Positions 13,767-23,286 are shown, numbered from the stretch's first letter. The stretch is 24,000 bases of DNA from Candidatus Colwellbacteria bacterium (GCA_016178255.1 JACOTQ010000022.1:1961-25960); one strand, 5' to 3'. Numbers and translations: made by a program. The notes: generated by a model from the letters alone, not told the origin.

Positions 13767-16334
13767 ATGAAATCATCCGCAAAACAAGGGGTTCGCCTCC
13801 CCGCTCACATCAAACCTTTACGATATAAAATAAGCTTGAAACCAGACCTTGAAGCTTTTACTTTCGAGGGGGTTGAAACCATCAACCTGGCGCTAGGGAA
13901 AAGCTCCAACCAAGTCACCCTTCACTCCAAAGAACTGGATATTGAATCCGCCGAAGTCACAAGTGGCAAGGAGAAAACCTTTGCTTTGAAAATAGACTAC
14001 GATGAAAGGGCAGAAACCGCCACATTCACTTTTCCCAATAAAATCCGCAAGGGAAACATTCAGTTGAAGATAGTCTTTAGAGGAGTACTGAACGACAAAA
14101 TGAATGGCTTTTACAAAAGCCATTACAAGGTTGGCGATAAGACCCATTACATAGCCACCACGCAGTTTGAAGCGACTGACGCGCGGCGCGCTTTCCCGTG
14201 TTTTGACGAACCCGCGGCGAAAGCGGTATTTGATATTAGTCTCATTGTCCCCCAAAAAAGTACCGCTATTTCGAATACGATGCCAACGGAGATTCTGGAA
14301 CATGGAATGGGCTACAAAATAGTTAACTTCGCCCCGACTCCTAAAATGTCCACTTATCTTCTGGCTTTCATAGTTGGCGATTTCGAACATATCGAAAAAA
14401 GAACTAAAGACGGTGTATTGGTTAGAGTATTTGTGACGCCCGGTAAAATTCATCAAGCTCAATTCGCCCTTGAATGCGCCACGAAAATCATTTCTTTCTT
14501 TAACAAATACTTCGATATCCCCTATCCTCTGCCGGTAATGGACTTAATCGCGATTCCCGATTTTTCCGTCGGCGCGATGGAAAACTGGGGAGCAATAACT
14601 TACAGGGAATCGGCGATACTCCTCGACCCCGAACACTCTTCAACAACAAGCAAACAATGGATAGCTTTAGTTATCGCCCACGAGCTCTCACATCAATGGT
14701 TCGGCAATTTGGTAACTATGGAATGGTGGACGCATATATGGCTGAACGAAGGCTTTGCCTCTTATATAGAATATCTGGCCGTTGACCATCTCTTCCCTAA
14801 ATGGGATATATGGACTCAATTTATCCACAACGATTTGGGAACAGCGTTAGAATTTGACGCGCTTCAAAACACTCACCCGGTTGAGATTGACGTTCATCAC
14901 CCGGAAGAAATAAGCGAGATTTTCGACGCGGTCAGTTACTCAAAAGGCGCGAGCATTATTCGCATGCTTGCGGAATATTTAGGTGAAACCGACTTCCGTA
15001 ACGGCCTTCGATATTATCTCAAAAAACACAGCTATTCCAATACTTCAACTATTCACCTCTGGAAGGCGTTAGAGAAAGTATCGGGGAAACCTGTAGAAAA
15101 AATGATGAGCGGCTGGACAAGGAAAAGCGGCTACCCTCTCATTACGGTATCGGAAAATAAAGGCAGGCTTATGATAGAACAGAAAAGATTCTTCTCAAGC
15201 CCCATTTCTGAATCTAAAACCAAGGACGCCGCGCTTTGGCGTGTGCCCGTAAGCTACAAAACCAATGATACAAAACTGAAAAAACAGTTTCTTCTCACAA
15301 AGCAAAAGGTTGAAATCACAAAACCAACCGGTGAATGGATTAAATTCAACATCAATGAATCGGGATTTTTTAGAACAAATTACTCGGATAACCTTAGGAA
15401 AGCTCTCGAGGATTCTGTAAAAACAAAGCGACTGGGGGCCGGTGACCGGCTCGGCCTCATTCGTGATATCATGGCATTAACTGAATCAGGTAAAATTCCG
15501 ACGGTAAAGGCGCTGGAATTCGCCAAGCACTACAAAAACGAAACAGATTATACCGTCTGGCTGGAATTAGCCTCCGACCTTAATAAAATTCATTTTCTAA
15601 TCGCGCATGAACCGTTTGTAAAAGAATATGAGTCTTTTGCCGCTAAAATATTCGCCCCCATTGCCGAAAAAGCCGGCTGGACAAAAAAACCAAATGAAAA
15701 TCATACCCAAACCCTCTTGAGAAGCCTGGCTCTTTCAAGCTTCGGAACATATGGAGACTTGGAAACAATCAACCAAGCTAAAGAATTATTTGGGAAATTG
15801 AAGGATGGCAAAAATTCCATTCACGCTGACCTAAGAAGTGTCGTCTACAATTTAACTACTAAGAACGGTGGGGTGAAAGAATACGAGAAACTGGCAAAGA
15901 TGTACAAAGCAGTGTCGCTTCATGAAGAAAAAAACAGAATCGGAAGAGCTTTGGGTAATTTCAGAAACAAAAACTTGCTAAAGAAAACTTTGGCGTTCTC
16001 TTTATCGAAACATGTGCGTCCGCAAGACACCATTGGAATAATCGCTGGCGTTTGGTTTAACCCTGATGGTCATGACTTGGCCTGGAATTTCGTAAAAGCA
16101 AACTGGGAAGATTTTCTGAAACGCTACGGCGGCGGTCATAGCCTTTCGCGGCTTTTGGCTTGCGCCGGTTCTTCGGCCTCGGCAGCTCAAGCAAAAAATT
16201 TCAAAGACTTTTTCAAGAAAAACGCCGCCCCGGGCGCTAAGAGGACCATTGAACAAGCTTTAGAGAGTATAAATTCCAACGTAGCTTGGCTCATGCGAGA
16301 GAAAATAAGACTGGCAAAGTATTTCCTTAAATGA
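13767..16334 (+). CDS. pepN: Aminopeptidase N (M1 family zinc metallopeptidase)
   Basis: 855 aa with the GAMENWG exopeptidase motif and HELSHQWFGNLVTMEWW...WLNEGFA (HExxH-18-E). Confidence 0.9.
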   Translation: MKSSAKQGVRLPAHIKPLRYKISLKPDLEAFTFEGVETINLALGKSSNQVTLHSKELDIESAEVTSGKEKTFALKIDYDERAETATFTFPNKIRKGNIQLKIVFRGVLNDKMNGFYKSHYKVGDKTHYIATTQFEATDARRAFPCFDEPAAKAVFDISLIVPQKSTAISNTMPTEILEHGMGYKIVNFAPTPKMSTYLLAFIVGDFEHIEKRTKDGVLVRVFVTPGKIHQAQFALECATKIISFFNKYFDIPYPLPVMDLIAIPDFSVGAMENWGAITYRESAILLDPEHSSTTSKQWIALVIAHELSHQWFGNLVTMEWWTHIWLNEGFASYIEYLAVDHLFPKWDIWTQFIHNDLGTALEFDALQNTHPVEIDVHHPEEISEIFDAVSYSKGASIIRMLAEYLGETDFRNGLRYYLKKHSYSNTSTIHLWKALEKVSGKPVEKMMSGWTRKSGYPLITVSENKGRLMIEQKRFFSSPISESKTKDAALWRVPVSYKTNDTKLKKQFLLTKQKVEITKPTGEWIKFNINESGFFRTNYSDNLRKALEDSVKTKRLGAGDRLGLIRDIMALTESGKIPTVKALEFAKHYKNETDYTVWLELASDLNKIHFLIAHEPFVKEYESFAAKIFAPIAEKAGWTKKPNENHTQTLLRSLALSSFGTYGDLETINQAKELFGKLKDGKNSIHADLRSVVYNLTTKNGGVKEYEKLAKMYKAVSLHEEKNRIGRALGNFRNKNLLKKTLAFSLSKHVRPQDTIGIIAGVWFNPDGHDLAWNFVKANWEDFLKRYGGGHSLSRLLACAGSSASAAQAKNFKDFFKKNAAPGAKRTIEQALESINSNVAWLMREKIRLAKYFLK

Positions 16335-16394
16335 CAGCGGAAAAGAAGTAAGATCTTTTGACCAGCCAGCTTTGGCAAATACGAAAATAAAAAC

Positions 16395-16416
16395 CGCCCC
16401 GCAAAATTGCGGGGCG
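16395..16416. terminator. Hairpin terminator shared by the convergent pepN and csp genes
   Basis: CGCCCCGC-AAAATT-GCGGGGCG. On the minus strand it is followed by GUUUUUAUUUU (strong). On the plus strand it is followed by AUCUUUCC (weaker). Confidence 0.75.
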
Positions 16417-16433
16417 ATCTTTCCATCTAAAAC

Positions 16434-16631
16434 TTAGGCTCGCGCCACGTTCTTGGCGCTTGGACCCTTCTCCGTGTCAACAACCTCAAAAGTGACCGCA
16501 TCGCCTACTTTGAGTTCGTCGAACATCACGCCGCTTAAATCCTTAGAGTGGAAGAAAAGGTCCTTGTCTTCGCCCTCGCGAGCGATAAACCCAAAACCTT
16601 TATCTGTAAGCTTCTTGATAGTTCCTGTCAT
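16434..16631 (-). CDS. cspA: Cold-shock protein (CspA family)
   Basis: MTGTIKKLTDKGFGFIAREGEDKDLFFHSKDL... carries the RNP1 KGFGFI and RNP2 LFFH motifs; 65 aa. Confidence 0.9.
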   Translation of the reverse strand: MTGTIKKLTDKGFGFIAREGEDKDLFFHSKDLSGVMFDELKVGDAVTFEVVDTEKGPSAKNVARA

Positions 16632-16726
16632 ATGATTTTTAGTTTTTCTTCTTAGAAACCCGACCTAGTCTCTCTGTGCCTATATAGGCTGGCACAAACC
16701 AAATTATACAACTAATTAGAATTATA

Positions 16727-19700
16727 TCAACCCCAATGGTCCTTTAGAAGGTCATCCTCAAAAGCCATTATGCCATTCATATCTTTTGGATATTTGGCGA
16801 TATCAGGGAAATCTAGAGATTTTATTTTGTCATACACGACGCTAATCAAAGCCTTCATCCGTTCAAGCTCTTTCTTTTCTATATGGGCAGGTAAATCTAT
16901 AATCTGTCCGCGGGAAGGTTCTACAAACTGAATAATACCGTCATTAACCGAATACTTCCCTCCAAAATCTCGTGAATTCTCAATAAGTAGCTTATAAAAA
17001 ACAAGTTGTTCGCGGTATCGCCAAGCTTTTATTTTTTCGTATGAATCGCTTGGCGACCAATCTCTAATCGCTTTACCAGTCTTAAAATCGCAAACTGTCA
17101 TCTCGCCATTCGAAATTGTTATTTTATCAATTTTGCCAGTAATATGCGCGTCTCCTACAACCACGCCCTGACTTCTAAAATTAAATTCAATTTTATCTTG
17201 CAATGAGAAACTGCTTTTCTTTTCAGTATAGAATGCCTCAAGCGCCCTCTGGCCCCTCTTTAACATCAGCCTGAACTCTTTCTCATTCAGACGTTCATTT
17301 TTGAGCATTTCTTCAAACCAAAAAATGACTTCTCTTACTAAGGGCAATTTCCTCCGGCTCTTGAAATGGGTATATATAAATTGAATCGTGTTATGAATGG
17401 CTGAACCGTACGCTCCGCTTGGGCTCTTAGGTTCAGGAAATCTCAATAAATTTTTCTCGAAAAAAGCGAGAGGCCCGCCGCCGGCAACATTCAAGAAATT
17501 CTGCAAATGCGTCACACTCAAATGATAATCCTGAAGAAGTGGTTTAAGTAACGCCTTTTCATCAGAGACAAAAGGTCCGCCGCGTGTTGGGTTCCAAAGT
17601 CTGATTGCCAATTCTTCGGAACCAAATCCGGCGCCCTCCATGCTCACAAACTCCGATTTAAACAGTTCGCTCTCCCCGTGAGACGGAGATAAAAATCCAA
17701 GCCGGGCGGAATCTTTGCCTCTATGGTCAGCGTTATAAGAAGTAAGATACAGTAACCGCTTAGCCCTCGTCATGGCCACATAGAATAGTCTTAACTTGTC
17801 ATCGAGGTTATCCCCAGCCGGCTTTATGGATAAATTCATTGGCAACGGCACACTCCTTCCGCTACGCCTCTCTCCCCAGATATCTTCTTGGCAATTAATT
17901 ACAAAGACTGCTTCAAACTCAAGCCCCTTTGCTTTGTGGGCACTCATAAACTGTACTGCGTCATTAGCATTAACGAATTGGCTCACATTATTAATAGCCA
18001 AGTTATTTTTGAGATGCATATCAATAAAATTAAGCATGTCCGCCGTTAGCACCGGCCTGCCACGGTGATATTCGCGAAGCGCTGCCACGAAGGATTGCAA
18101 GGACGATAAGAAGCGCATATATTCGGCAGGCTCTTTGGCAACGCGGTCTTTGCTAAAATAATACGACCTAAACGGGCTGAACATTTCATGCCTTACGATT
18201 GTTTCGTCTTCGCTATCTTCGTCTGGCAATATTTGCTGAGGCCCGCCTACTAATTCATGGAAAATCTCCTCGGCTGTTCCGTAAGTGGCTCGCGCGCCGA
18301 GGTCAATAAAAAAATCGGCTATCTCCTTGAACTTTCCACCGCGTTCTCGCATAACCGTGAGCCACTGTTTTCTTTCCCTGCGAGCTTTAATTGAAAGCTC
18401 CCAGACCATCGAACGCTCAATGCTCCAAAAGGGATAACTTAATATTTCAGGCAGAAGATTATCGGCTTCTCCGGACTTTTTCATTATTGAATCAACGAAT
18501 CTCACCATCGTGAAAAGCTCGCGGATGTGCGGCTGAAGAAGCACATTATCCTGACGTTCGTAAGAAACCGGCACTTTAGCGGCGTGGAAATATGGAACCA
18601 AGTCTTCGAGTTCCTTATGTTCCCGTGCTATGATGGCAACTTCATTCCCGAGAACGCCCTTTTTGATAAGTTTCTTAACTTCCTCCGCAATCCAGCGATA
18701 CTGAACATCTCGTGACACAAACTCTCGGCCGTAAACAGCTCCGTCTTTAAGGACTCTATTTGCCGAGACAAGTTCTTTTTTCACGTCAGGCAAGATATTC
18801 TGAAGCTGGCCCATACCTTTCTTGATAATATGGCGCGCCGCGTCAAGTATATCTTGCGTCGAACGATAATTTCTCGTGAGGACAATCAATGACGGGTCAC
18901 GATACGTTTTTCGAAAATCGATGATATTTGAAATCTCCGCGCCTTGAAACTTGTAAATCGCCTGGTCGTCATCACCCACAACCATCACGTTCGGCCGGCC
19001 TTCATGGATTTCATGGCCCGTTAAAAGGCGCAGCAAGCGCATTTGAGCGTTATTGGTGTCTTGAAACTCATCCACGAGGATATATTGATATTGTTCCTGC
19101 AAATCAAGCTTCACGCCGACATTGCGTTCAAGCATCGCTATTGTATCAAGTATCATGTCGTTATAATCATAATAGCCCTCCTCCCGCATGCGCGCCGCGT
19201 ATTCTACATATATCTCCGAGAGAGCCTCGATTCTTTCAGCCTTAAATAAATCTGCCAAATGAGTGAGCTTATCGTCGCCTCTCTCGGTCCAATTCTTTTT
19301 CCATTGTGTTATCGGTCCAGTACTATTGTTTTCTTGCGCATCCCTCACGGCGACGGAAAGCGTGCTGGCAATAAATTCAGAGAGAGGTTCAAAGAATCCT
19401 GGCAGAGGAACGGATTTACATTTTCTGATTTTCGAGACCGCTTTTAACACAACTGGAAGCGTTTTTGGGGAAATTCTGTCCTTGAACACAGCTTGAACTA
19501 TTGGGTCAGCATAGGCTATGGCTTTTTCATTTTCAGCAAGAATATTTTTGAACTCGGCGGGAGTTAATCCGGCCTTTTTGATGTACTCAATTGCCTGTCT
19601 TGCTTTCTGTAAATAAACGAACTGACTATTGTGTTCGGAGCGCAATGGATTTCCGTAATCAAGCCCGCTAAAAATTTCTTCCAAAATCTCCGTCTGTGTA

Positions 19701-20062
19701 AAGTCATCAGCCGGAAGAAATGACACGCCTCCATAGAAATGCTCCGGATAACGATTAATTATCTCCACGCCAAAACTATGAAAAGTGTGGATTGCCACGC
19801 GGTAAGCTTCCTGCCCGAGCAAACCAGTCAAACGCTGTCTCATATTGAAAGCGGCGGCTTCAGTAAAAGTTAAGCAAAGTATATTCCCCGGCGTAACATC
19901 CACATTCCGTAAAATATTCATAACACGCAGACTTAATAACTCTGTTTTACCAGACCCAGGTCCAGCAATCACCATTACCGGGCCCTCAATCGTATCCACC
20001 GCTTTTTTTTGTTCAGGATTAAGGCGTTTATAAGCCGCCTCGAACTTTGATGACATTTTCAT
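16727..20062 (-). CDS. UvrD/PcrA-type superfamily-1 helicase fused to a C-terminal PD-(D/E)XK nuclease domain (AddA-like)
   Basis: The helicase motifs are in order: AGPGSGKT, TFTEAAA, VDEFQDTN, VVGDDDQAIYKFQGA, LTRNYRS, MSAHKAKGLEFEAVFV, FYVAMTRAKRLLYLT. The C-terminus, GKIDKI...VCDFKTGK...REQLVFYKLL, is the nuclease D...(D/E)xK...QxxxY pattern. Confidence 0.85.
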   Translation of the reverse strand: MKMSSKFEAAYKRLNPEQKKAVDTIEGPVMVIAGPGSGKTELLSLRVMNILRNVDVTPGNILCLTFTEAAAFNMRQRLTGLLGQEAYRVAIHTFHSFGVEIINRYPEHFYGGVSFLPADDFTQTEILEEIFSGLDYGNPLRSEHNSQFVYLQKARQAIEYIKKAGLTPAEFKNILAENEKAIAYADPIVQAVFKDRISPKTLPVVLKAVSKIRKCKSVPLPGFFEPLSEFIASTLSVAVRDAQENNSTGPITQWKKNWTERGDDKLTHLADLFKAERIEALSEIYVEYAARMREEGYYDYNDMILDTIAMLERNVGVKLDLQEQYQYILVDEFQDTNNAQMRLLRLLTGHEIHEGRPNVMVVGDDDQAIYKFQGAEISNIIDFRKTYRDPSLIVLTRNYRSTQDILDAARHIIKKGMGQLQNILPDVKKELVSANRVLKDGAVYGREFVSRDVQYRWIAEEVKKLIKKGVLGNEVAIIAREHKELEDLVPYFHAAKVPVSYERQDNVLLQPHIRELFTMVRFVDSIMKKSGEADNLLPEILSYPFWSIERSMVWELSIKARRERKQWLTVMRERGGKFKEIADFFIDLGARATYGTAEEIFHELVGGPQQILPDEDSEDETIVRHEMFSPFRSYYFSKDRVAKEPAEYMRFLSSLQSFVAALREYHRGRPVLTADMLNFIDMHLKNNLAINNVSQFVNANDAVQFMSAHKAKGLEFEAVFVINCQEDIWGERRSGRSVPLPMNLSIKPAGDNLDDKLRLFYVAMTRAKRLLYLTSYNADHRGKDSARLGFLSPSHGESELFKSEFVSMEGAGFGSEELAIRLWNPTRGGPFVSDEKALLKPLLQDYHLSVTHLQNFLNVAGGGPLAFFEKNLLRFPEPKSPSGAYGSAIHNTIQFIYTHFKSRRKLPLVREVIFWFEEMLKNERLNEKEFRLMLKRGQRALEAFYTEKKSSFSLQDKIEFNFRSQGVVVGDAHITGKIDKITISNGEMTVCDFKTGKAIRDWSPSDSYEKIKAWRYREQLVFYKLLIENSRDFGGKYSVNDGIIQFVEPSRGQIIDLPAHIEKKELERMKALISVVYDKIKSLDFPDIAKYPKDMNGIMAFEDDLLKDHWG

Positions 20063-20166
20063 GTAATTACTTAAAGCATATATTAATTTGTTTTATTATC
20101 CAGATGTGTGGTATATCCTAAATTAGGAATGTCTCCAGATCTTTAAGTCTTCAATAAGGAGCTGAT

Positions 20167-21485
20167 ATGCAGCCATATGTACGGACGAGAGTGAATGGAA
20201 TCGAGATACGGAATACGCGACCGGCGAATGCCATGGAGCGCGGGAAGCTTCGCTCCACAGCAAGGCAGGCGATAAAATTATGGCAGGAATCTTCAGCGTA
20301 CCGAGAGATAACGGCTCCTGCCTGGTTTTAATCAAAAACAACCTTGCTCACAACCTCGAGGATAGTAATCCGCTCGCGTCTTTCGGAGCGCATGAGAATA
20401 TCCAAGTTTTCGATATTCCCATGGGCGACCAAAGCGTGAATGACGCCCTCATCCCTTTTTTGATGAGCCGACAAATCATTGGCGGCGCGGGATGCGTTTT
20501 ATCCTCCGGAGAATACTGTTATTCCCAGCGCGGACTGATGATGGAATACGGGTGGGGCAACAACACAACCCACAACCGCTCCATGATTAGCGGGCACAGG
20601 GAATCCCACACCGGTTCTTACACCCAATCGAGAAGGCTCCATATCATCACGGGCGATTCCAACATGCTCGAGTACCAGACTTGGCTGAAACTCGCCATCA
20701 CAAACATCATCGTTGCGATGATGGAGACGAGCGCCTCAGTTCAGTTTGGCTATTCGTTAAAGCGCGTTGCTCTTCCCGATGATAAGATTCGTGAGCAGAT
20801 AGCGATTGAGATGGCTGACGTAAGCCGTGATTTTATAAATCATGGCCGGACGCCTCTCATTACGCTGGGAGACGGGAGTTTGGTAAGCGCCTATGATTTA
20901 CAGGCGCGTTATTGGGAAGCCGCGGATAAATTTGTCCGTAAAGCACGGTTTGAATCAGAACGGTGGGAACAAGAGACAAAAGAAGCGATGTCAGCTTGGC
21001 AGTCAATTCTGCACGCAATATACAGGAATGACACCGACTATCTGGAAGGACGTCTGGACCATACGACGAAATATGTTGTTATACGCGAATATCTAAAACG
21101 TACGGGCAAGGATTTGTTTCAATACCCGTCGCTTCTCGCGGAAAAACACACATTCGACGTTATGTATCATCGCCTTCCAATTTCAGGTTCGAACGCGCCA
21201 ACACTTTTCGAACGCATTCGCAACCATTATAAGTCGCGAATGCTATTCAGTGACGCGGAAATAGACCAAGCGGTGGAAAATCCACCGCAGAAAACACGAG
21301 CCTTTATGCGAGGCAAGTGCGCCGCGACGCTTCATGGGCTCAAAAAACAAGGGAGGCTCGACGGCAGCTCCATCCTGAATTGGGACAGCCTTAGTTATCA
21401 AGGCGCCCGATTTGAAATCGCGGACCCGCTTATGTACAAAAAAGACGGGTTTGAAACGTTCTTACACAAAATAGAAGTATCGTGA
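20167..21485 (+). pseudogene. Pup ligase/deamidase (PafA/Dop) family protein, with an N-terminal internal deletion plus a frame change at about 20206-20208
   Basis: AAGGAG, 5 nt, then ATG 20167 gives MQPYVRTRVNGIE (the GIETE(Y/F)G start), and the frame then breaks. The frame of ORF 20280-21485 is open from 20166 and resumes at TEYATGEC. It continues through KNN..SFGAHENIQV, LIPFLMSRQIIGGAG, YSQRG, RRLHIITGDSNMLEYQTWLKL and EIDQAVENPPQKTRAFMRGK, all blocks I recognise from PafA/Dop. Confidence 0.8.
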
Positions 21486-21524
21486 TGAGTCGCCATTATA
21501 ATGCCGACTCGCAACAATTTAGCC

Positions 21525-21559
21525 GCAGCAGATGCCAGAAACATCTGCTGCTCTTTTTT
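21525..21559 (+). terminator. Rho-independent terminator after the PafA-like gene
   Basis: GCAGCAGATG-CCAGAAA-CATCTGCTGC (10-bp perfect stem) followed by TCTTTTTT. Confidence 0.85.
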
Positions 21560-21604
21560 AAAAGGTTGATTTAAAACAGAATATCATCCAAGATAGAGAG
21601 CGTC

Positions 21605-23059
21605 ATGCCGAACGACAACGTAATTTTAAGATTCAATAAAGTCTCATTTGAATATGGACACAATAAACCAATCCTCAACGAGGTTGATTTCTCAATCCGC
21701 CGAGGGTCAAAAATCACGCTTATGGGGCAAAACGGCGCAGGCAAGAGCACTATTTTCCAGTTAATCACGGGGGCGCTAAAACCGATAACGGGAACCATTG
21801 CCATCACGGACGGCGCCACAATGGCCATAAGCAGACAAGTAATCCCTCGCGATGAGATGGATATGACGGTGAAAGCTTTCTTCGAAAACGCTTTTCCCGA
21901 AAAAGTTTATGACATTAAACCGCGTATCGACAAAATCCTTGGAGTCGTTCATCTCACTACGCCTCATAATAAAAAACTCAAGGAATTCTCCGGAGGCCAG
22001 CAAGCCAGACTCCTCTTAGCCCAAGCCCTAATCCAAAATCCCGACATCCTGCTTTTAGATGAACCGACTAATAATTTAGACAAGGCCGGCATAGCTCATC
22101 TAACTCAATGCCTCATTGATTACCCAAAAACATGTATTGTTATTTCTCACGACGCCGAATTTTTAAATGAGGTCACTGACGGAGTTTTATATCTCGAGGT
22201 TTTCAATCGCACGATTGAGCAATATTCCGGCAATTACTTCTCCGTGGTAGAAGAAATCAAAAACAGGCTGGAACGGGAGCGAATGAAAAATGCCCGGCTT
22301 GAGAAAGATATCCGGCATCGAAAAGAACAAGCTGGCTTCTTTGCTCAAAAAGGCGGTCATATGCGCGATGTCGCCAGAAAAATGCGCGAAAAAATAGAAG
22401 AGCTGGAAGACGAAACTGTGGAAGTTAGACGCGAAGACAAAACTATCCGCAGATTCGTCATTCCGTGCCAAGAAAACATCGGCGCCGCGATTGTAACTTT
22501 GAAATCAGTTTCAATTATAAAAGGCGGTAAGCCCAAAAGTTTCCCTGTAAACATTACGCTCCGAAAGAAGGAGCGACTGCTTATAGCCGGACCTAATGGC
22601 ATTGGAAAGACCACCCTTTTGGAAAAACTCGCTTCAGGCACGGCTGTTGGTGAAAGTGTTCAGAAGGGAATACGAATCGGCTATTACCGGCAAGATTTTT
22701 CCGCCCTGAATTTCGATGACACCGTGTACGCAACACTCTCGAAAGCGATAGAGAACGGCACCGAACAGGAACTTCGTTCTCACGCCGCCGGATTTCTTTT
22801 CGACGCCGAAATGCTAAAAACCAGGATTAGCTCTCTTTCCGAAGGCCAAAAAGGACTTCTTGCCTTCGCGCAAATCGCGCTCCAACGTCCTGGCCTTTTG
22901 ATTCTTGATGAACCAACAAACCATATTAATTTCCGGCATATTCCAATAATCGCGCAAGCAATTGACGCCTACGAAGGCGCGATGATTCTCGTAAGCCATG
23001 TCCCGGATTTTGTTAAACTGATTCGAATTGACCAAATTATTGACCTCGAAGAACTTTAA
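21605..23059 (+). CDS. ABC-F family ATPase (two tandem ABC domains, no TM domain)
   Basis: Domain 1: GQNGAGKST, FSGGQQARL, ILLLDEPTNNLD, ISHD. A charged linker follows (RLERERMKNARLEKDIRHRKEQ...). Domain 2: GPNGIGKTT, LSEGQKGLL, LLILDEPTNHIN, VSHV. Confidence 0.85.
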   Translation: MPNDNVILRFNKVSFEYGHNKPILNEVDFSIRRGSKITLMGQNGAGKSTIFQLITGALKPITGTIAITDGATMAISRQVIPRDEMDMTVKAFFENAFPEKVYDIKPRIDKILGVVHLTTPHNKKLKEFSGGQQARLLLAQALIQNPDILLLDEPTNNLDKAGIAHLTQCLIDYPKTCIVISHDAEFLNEVTDGVLYLEVFNRTIEQYSGNYFSVVEEIKNRLERERMKNARLEKDIRHRKEQAGFFAQKGGHMRDVARKMREKIEELEDETVEVRREDKTIRRFVIPCQENIGAAIVTLKSVSIIKGGKPKSFPVNITLRKKERLLIAGPNGIGKTTLLEKLASGTAVGESVQKGIRIGYYRQDFSALNFDDTVYATLSKAIENGTEQELRSHAAGFLFDAEMLKTRISSLSEGQKGLLAFAQIALQRPGLLILDEPTNHINFRHIPIIAQAIDAYEGAMILVSHVPDFVKLIRIDQIIDLEEL

Positions 23060-23286
23060 AGTTATTGTGTTTTTGTCGTTCCTTCATGCTCCGAGTAAGG
23101 AGCTGGCGTTACTCTCACGGAAAGGGACTTATGAGCCACAAGCCTACCAAGGAACAGTGGAAGACAGTCGGTCTTATTAAAAGATTCGGCTGTCAGGCTC
23201 ATAGGCCGCAGAATAGAGCCAAGGTAGTCTCTTACTGCCTACCTCAAAACTGCGCCCTTCTCAAGCTTACCTGGAAGGAGGTAAAG

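Noticed and set aside
13893-14462. 189-aa minus-strand ORF, and other antisense ORFs in pepN, the helicase gene and the ABC-F gene
   Set aside because: They are antisense to long ORFs with complete catalytic motif sets. No independent support.
21485-21574. 29-codon ORF overlapping the PafA-like stop (TGATG), considered as a possible Pup/UBact-like modifier
   Set aside because: It runs through the terminator hairpin, ends ..FFKRLI rather than GGQ/GGE or R(Q/E), and has no disordered acidic character.
23052-23063. 12-bp palindrome AACTTTAAAGTT overlapping the ABC-F stop codon, considered as a second copy of the lexA-upstream motif
   Set aside because: The half-site is AACTTT rather than AAGTTT and the spacing differs. 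It is short and AT-rich, so probably chance.
23065-23286. N-terminal extension of the small zinc-ribbon ORF (track start 23065, or ATG 23132)
   Set aside because: The 23065 start is a non-ATG codon directly after the ABC-F stop. The strong SD sits in front of ATG 23287. The ATG-23132 alternative is kept open in the findings rather than annotated.
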